This document shows positions 59,108 to 64,000 of a stretch of 64,000 bases of DNA, piece by piece. Under the pieces are notes generated by a model, which was not told the origin of the DNA, searched no databases, and worked only from the letters and a program-made list of their open reading frames with translations. Positions within the stretch are counted from its first letter, which is position 1, and the number at the start of each line of letters is the position of its first letter. This stretch comes from Takakia lepidozioides (Eukaryota > Plantae > Bryophyta): positions 95,728,001-95,792,000 of the forward strand of contig CM060731.1 of NCBI GenBank assembly GCA_030704615.1. The letters are read 5' to 3'. The position numbers were made by a program, and so were the translations under genes.

Positions 59108-62100
59108 TGTCGTGGCCCTTTGCCTTGAGGGCAGGGGGGTCGGGACACACGAGGGGCTGCCCCTGTGGTGGGGGCAGCGGCAGCGATAGGTATGGGGGGG
59201 CTGAAGCACCCTTGAGTGCCCAAGGCACTCAGGGAAGCCAAGGCGCTCACTAGGTGGAGCCCCGCACACCGGGTTGCGGTGGGGGTGGCTCCACAAGGGG
59301 TGGTGGTAGCTTAGCGGGACTTAGTGGGGGTGGCATAGGACTCACCATGGGGGCGGAGACCTCGTGGTGGGAGTCGTGGGGAGTCTTGGGACTCATCACG
59401 GTCCATAGGGGCCGTGGTGAGTGGGCCAAAGACTCACCGCGACTCATCACCGGGAGTCGAGGGTTTTCGTGGTGGTTCGCCATAAAATGGCATGGCTGGT
59501 TGTGAAACCCCCGCGGACAGCTACAGAAGTATATATAAGGGGAGTAGTGACCCCGAGAACGGTGCAAGCCCGTTGGTGACCAAAAACTAGTGAGTAAGCG
59601 AGCGAGCCGGAAAGCGACCAAAGAGTGGGGAGCTGTTCCGGACTGCCATCTACCAAAGGGAATTCTCCTAGTCCCAAATAGGTGGAGGGTTTAGTGGGAA
59701 GCGAAGGGGGACCGTTATGTCCCGGTGAGCAGCCGAAGCTCCAAGTTGGCCCGGGCGGCCAGGTTGGGAGTCAGGCGCGCGCATCAAAGCGAGTAACTAT
59801 GACTTGAAGGGGAGCTTACCAAAGTGAGGTGCGCGACACTTGGTATCAGAGCTTAGAGTTCAGTACGCGATCGTCCTTGGGATTGGCCTCATCATGGGGT
59901 CGGGCAAGCCAAAGCGAAAGCGGAACGACCCAAAAGATGATGATCCTGGTGAGCCCGATGGGGGCGACGTGTCACCGAAGCGGCCGTTTGAGGAAGCGAC
60001 GCAGGTTTCTGAAAGCGAGGCCGCTCAAGAGCGGGAGGAATCCGAGGAGTCGGAGCTCAAGGAATCCGTGAGAGCTCCGACCGACCAACAGATGCCTCCC
60101 ATGCCGGCAGCCTTTTGGGAAGGGTTGTTGGCGCAGTTTGGCGGGACGTTGAAAGACGTGTTGAAGGCGGCTAATGCCACTTCCACTAAGGCAAAGTTTA
60201 AGGTGAAGCCTAAGGAACCCGGCACCTTCGAGGGCATCCGAAATCGGAAGGCACTCAACACCTGGCTCCTGGAGCTAGAGCAGTACTTCCGGGCGGCCAA
60301 ATTGAGTGACGAGGATCGGGTGGAAGTGGCTCCCACCTATTTGAGGGGCTATGCTCAACAATGGTGGCAGAAACGCCTTCACGACCGAGGCCCAAGCCCG
60401 GAAACCTTCAACTGGAGTGGGTTCAAGGAATTGATGAAGAGACAGTTTGTGCCCCTCAACGCGTCCTGGCTTGCCTGGGACAAGATGAGGAATTTGAAGC
60501 AAACAGATGACATTTGGGGGTATGTCCAGGCTTTCAATGTGCTGTTGCTCGAAGTCGCGGACATGGCAGAACCAGAAATGATCTTCAACTTTGTGGTGGG
60601 ACTGGCCCCATGGGCCAGGCGGAAGTTGGAGGAGAAGCCACACAAGACTTTGAACGAGGCAATTGAGAGGGCTGAATGTTTCTCGGATGTCCCTAGGGGT
60701 GAGAGACAAGGCCGTACGGAGCTGAACCACAAGAAGACCCGGCGGGAAGGTGACTCCTCCCGACTGGAAAAGAAGTGGGATAGGCCACGCGGCGACAATG
60801 GCACGTGGAAATCGAAGGGAGGGCCTTTACACGTCAAGGCGGCACCCGGTGCTTCGAAAGGAAAAGGGGGTGGAGCGGCTTATGGCGGACAGAAGGCGAC
60901 CTTTGATGGAGTGTGTTTCAATTGCGGGGAGCCCGGGCACATGGCCAAGAAGTGCACAAAACCTCGACAATTGAACATCACTCGGGCAACCACAGAGCTG
61001 TCGGAAGATACCATCAGTCGCTTGGTGGAAGCGGTGGTCGCCAGGACTTGCAAGGTAGGCAACTATTCTTGTGAGTTGTATCAGGAAACTGGCGCCCTGC
61101 GTAAAGGGAGTCAGTTATTGTTCGTGGATGGGATAATATCCGGAACTAACGTGTCGTTGTTGGTGGACACAGGAGCGTCGCACTCCTTCATCTCGCCGGC
61201 GGCGGCGCGAAAGTTGGGACTCCCGACAAGTGACGTGGGGGCCTCTATTGAGGTGCGTTCTGCCAAAGGAGAACCACAGTTGGCGACAAGGTTGGCGTTT
61301 GATGTTCCTCTTCAACTGGGGAGTTGGGAGGGACGTGAGAACTTCACCATCTGCGAGATCGATGGGGTAGATCTCATTTTGGGGATGACCTTTTTGAGCC
61401 AATCCGGAGCGGTCATAGATGGCCGCAAGAGAGTAGTCACGCTGCCATGTGGGAATGGTGGCGAGGTCTTACGAGTGTCGGAAACGCCCAAATCCGTGGG
61501 AGGGCGAATAAACCTTCTGTCAGCAAGGGAGTGGGCCGTGGAGGAGGCACATGAACCCCAGTTTTTGCTTTACATTAGAGAAGTGAAGGGAGAAGGCGAT
61601 GGGGAGCCGAGCCCAGATTGGATCAAGGGGATTTTGGAGAAATACCAGGATGTGATGCCGGAGGACTTACCAAGCGGTTTGCCACCGCGAAGAGGAGTTG
61701 ACCACAAGATTGAGGTGATACCGGGAACGGAACCGCCTGCCAAGGCACCCTACCGGTTGAGCCACAGGGAGTTGGTCGAGCTGAAGACTCAGCTCAAGGA
61801 TCTAATGTCAAAGGGGTACATCCGGCCGAGTAAGTCACCTTACGGAGCCCCGGTGCTATTCGCAGACAAGAAGGATGGGACGCTGCGGATGTGTGTCGAT
61901 TACAGGGCTCTGAATAAGGTGACTATCAAAAACCGGTACCCTTTGCCAAGGATCGACGACCTCTTTGATCGGTTGGCAGGAGCGAAGTATTTCAGCCGGA
62001 TCGACTTGCGCTCCGGCTATCACCAAATTCGGTTGGCGGAAGGAGATGAGGAGAAGACCGCGTGCAGGACAAGGTATGGTTCATATGAGTTCTTGGTGAT

Positions 62101-62812
62101 GCCTTTTGGGCTCACCAATGCACCTGCGACCTTTAGCACGCTGATGAACAGCCTTTTCCAGGAGTGGTTGGATGACTTTGTGATCGTGTACATCGACGAC
62201 ATCTTGGTGTACTCGAAAACAAAAGAGGAGCACCTGGAGCACCTCAAAAGGGTGTTCCAAAAGTTGCGGGAAGGGAAGCTATACGCCAAAGCTTCAAAGT
62301 GCGAATTCGGGGTCACGAAAGTGGAGTTCTTGGGGCATGTGATTACACAGGATGGGATCAAAATGGATGACAGAAAGGTGAGGGCGATCTTGGACTGGGA
62401 GCCTCCGACTTCGGTCCCGGGAGTGCGATCCTTCCTAGGACTCGCCTCCTATTACCGGAAGTATGTGAGAAATTTTGCCAAGATTGCGGGGCCGCTGTCA
62501 GACCTTCTGTGTAAATCTAAAGTTTGGGCATGGAACACCTTTTGTGGCCAAGCTTTTGCTGAATTGAAGCAGCGGATGGCGGAAGCTCTAGTCTTGAAAA
62601 TCCCGGAGTTCGATCGTCCGTTTGAGATACATACAGATGCATCGGACTTCGCGATTGGGGGTGTACTGATGCAAGATGGACGTCCAATGGCTTACGAAAG
62701 TAAGAAACTGAATAAAGTGGAGCGACGGTGGCCGACGCACGAGAAAGAGATGAAGGCGGTGGTGCATTGTCTTGAGCTTTGGCGCCACTATGTTGGTTCC
62801 AACCCAGTGAAG
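59108..62812 (+). mobile_element. Truncated chromovirus-type gypsy element (Galadriel/Tcn1-like): 5' LTR 59108-59838, PBS, gag-PR-RT-partial RH
   Basis: TGTCGTG…CGCGACA LTR with TATATAA near 59532, and PBS TGGTATCAGAGC (tRNA-iMet) at 59841. CCHC knuckle, [14 protein letters not shown] and HTDASD are present; RH breaks off after [11 protein letters not shown]. Confidence 0.9.
59894..62812 (+). CDS. gag-pol (uninterrupted until truncation)
   Basis: Single ORF; the tail to 63052 is read-through into unrelated sequence. Confidence 0.85.
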
Positions 62813-64000
62813 GAATGTCATGGTGAAGTATTTTGCCACGCAACCCAAGTTGTCCCCAAAACAACATCGTCTAATCTCTGTATTTGCGAGTTTAGCTGCA
62901 TAACTAGGAAGGGAGTAGTCCTTCACCGGGCTCGTCATGAAGTCGGCCCTCGCAAAGAACGGGACATTCTTCCTGGCAGGAAGTGTAGACCTTACATGTT
63001 TCGACCCGGATCCTCCAATCCTGCATATAACAATCACCAACGAGACCAATGAGAACCACAGTCCGGATATGCGTTTGACAAAAAATCACACAGAAGGCTT
63101 TGCAAACTTACAATGTTTGCACTCACTCGTATTCCGGGTTCTCCTCGGCATCAATGTCCACTGTCTCTTCCTCCGACTCCGACGAATCCGAGGAGTCTTT
63201 GACTTCGATGGGAGCCTTCACATTCCGTTGCAGCCCTTCCAGATGGGATCCCCAGACGCCTGTGTCCTCCTCGTAGGCAAAGAGGTGCCGGTCGGAAAAC
63301 CGCCCAGCCCACATTGAGGCACCTGTTACAATGCCATCCACACATTATGACATGGCCCTTCAGATGTTGCGAATGAAAGCATAACGAGAGTTTGCATAAA
63401 AGCATACAACAAGATTCTGCATACCTGTCCCACAGATGAGGTCGAGCATTGTGCCCTCCACGTCAGTGCATGTCTCCATAATTGTCTGAATGAAGGCAGG
63501 GCTCCAAGTGCGTGAATACCGCAGGGGTTCAGTTGAAGTGAGGCTATGAGGGAGAAGTTCCGTGGGAACGTTGTTGAACAGGACGTCGTAATCGATGGGG
63601 TCGGAGTTCGGGTCAACCAACAATCCCTCCTTCCGGAAAGCAAAGGTGGAGTTCTCATTCACAAAGCAGTATGCATCGAACTGCTTCGTCTGCATACACA
63701 GTGGGGAACGATTAGAAATCGAATGCGGCACCGCATTTCAAGACTCCTAAGAAAATGAAAGGACGAGTGCCAAGGTCGTAATTACCTTCTTCCCTTCCGA
63801 CCGAAGGCCCAATGTGTTGATGCACGTCCACTTCTTCTTCAGAATTGGGACGGCGCTCTTGCGGGTCCACTTCGCAATTCCTGTCTGCGTGTTTTTGCCT
63901 CTGCTCGCCAGGACAACCACACAGCCTCTGCCGTCCAACACCATGCGGGCGAGCCCGAATCCTTTCTTCCAAAAGTCCTCGGAGTACCTGTTCCAAGATG
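62813..64000 (-). CDS. 3' exons of a second beta-class DNA methyltransferase-like gene (paralogue of 25710-38407); 5' part lies outside the window
   Basis: [13 protein letters not shown]…GCVVVL…WTCINTL | [10 protein letters not shown]…[26 protein letters not shown] | [20 protein letters not shown] | …[12 protein letters not shown]. Three GT-AG introns at positions matching copy 1. Confidence 0.8.

Noticed and set aside
62813-63052. Novel C-terminal domain on the 1070-aa chromovirus polyprotein
   Set aside because: It is antisense read-through into the MTase paralogue's last exon after RNase H truncation.

Overview
Eukaryotic, TE-dense region with one 500-N gap (24439-24938). The spliceosomal introns, C-terminal SUN gene and plant-type Ty3/gypsy, CACTA, MULE and Helitron elements point to a land plant, probably a non-seed plant such as a bryophyte (inference). 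Only one intact host gene is evident: a 3-exon SUN1/2-like gene (minus, 42560-45142). The nested mobile DNA comprises Helitron-like repeats, a MULE transposase split by two LTR insertions, two full-length non-chromovirus gypsy elements with TSDs (7058-20529, 26057-34918), a related minus-strand partial copy, a CACTA transposase remnant, a gypsy pol with a PHD finger on its integrase, and a truncated chromovirus. The most notable find is a spliced gene that can only be read after removing the 26057-34918 element. It fuses a ParB/Srx-like domain (DGNHR) to a prokaryote-type beta-class N4C/N6A DNA methyltransferase-like domain and carries palindromic motifs in its introns. A diverged paralogue with the same intron positions lies at 62813-64000. 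Also notable are a head-to-head pair of unknown paralogous ORFs beside a repeated element terminus (56770-58924), and extra 5' (F-box-like) and 3' ORFs in the gypsy family. All calls come from reading the sequence by eye; no searches were run.
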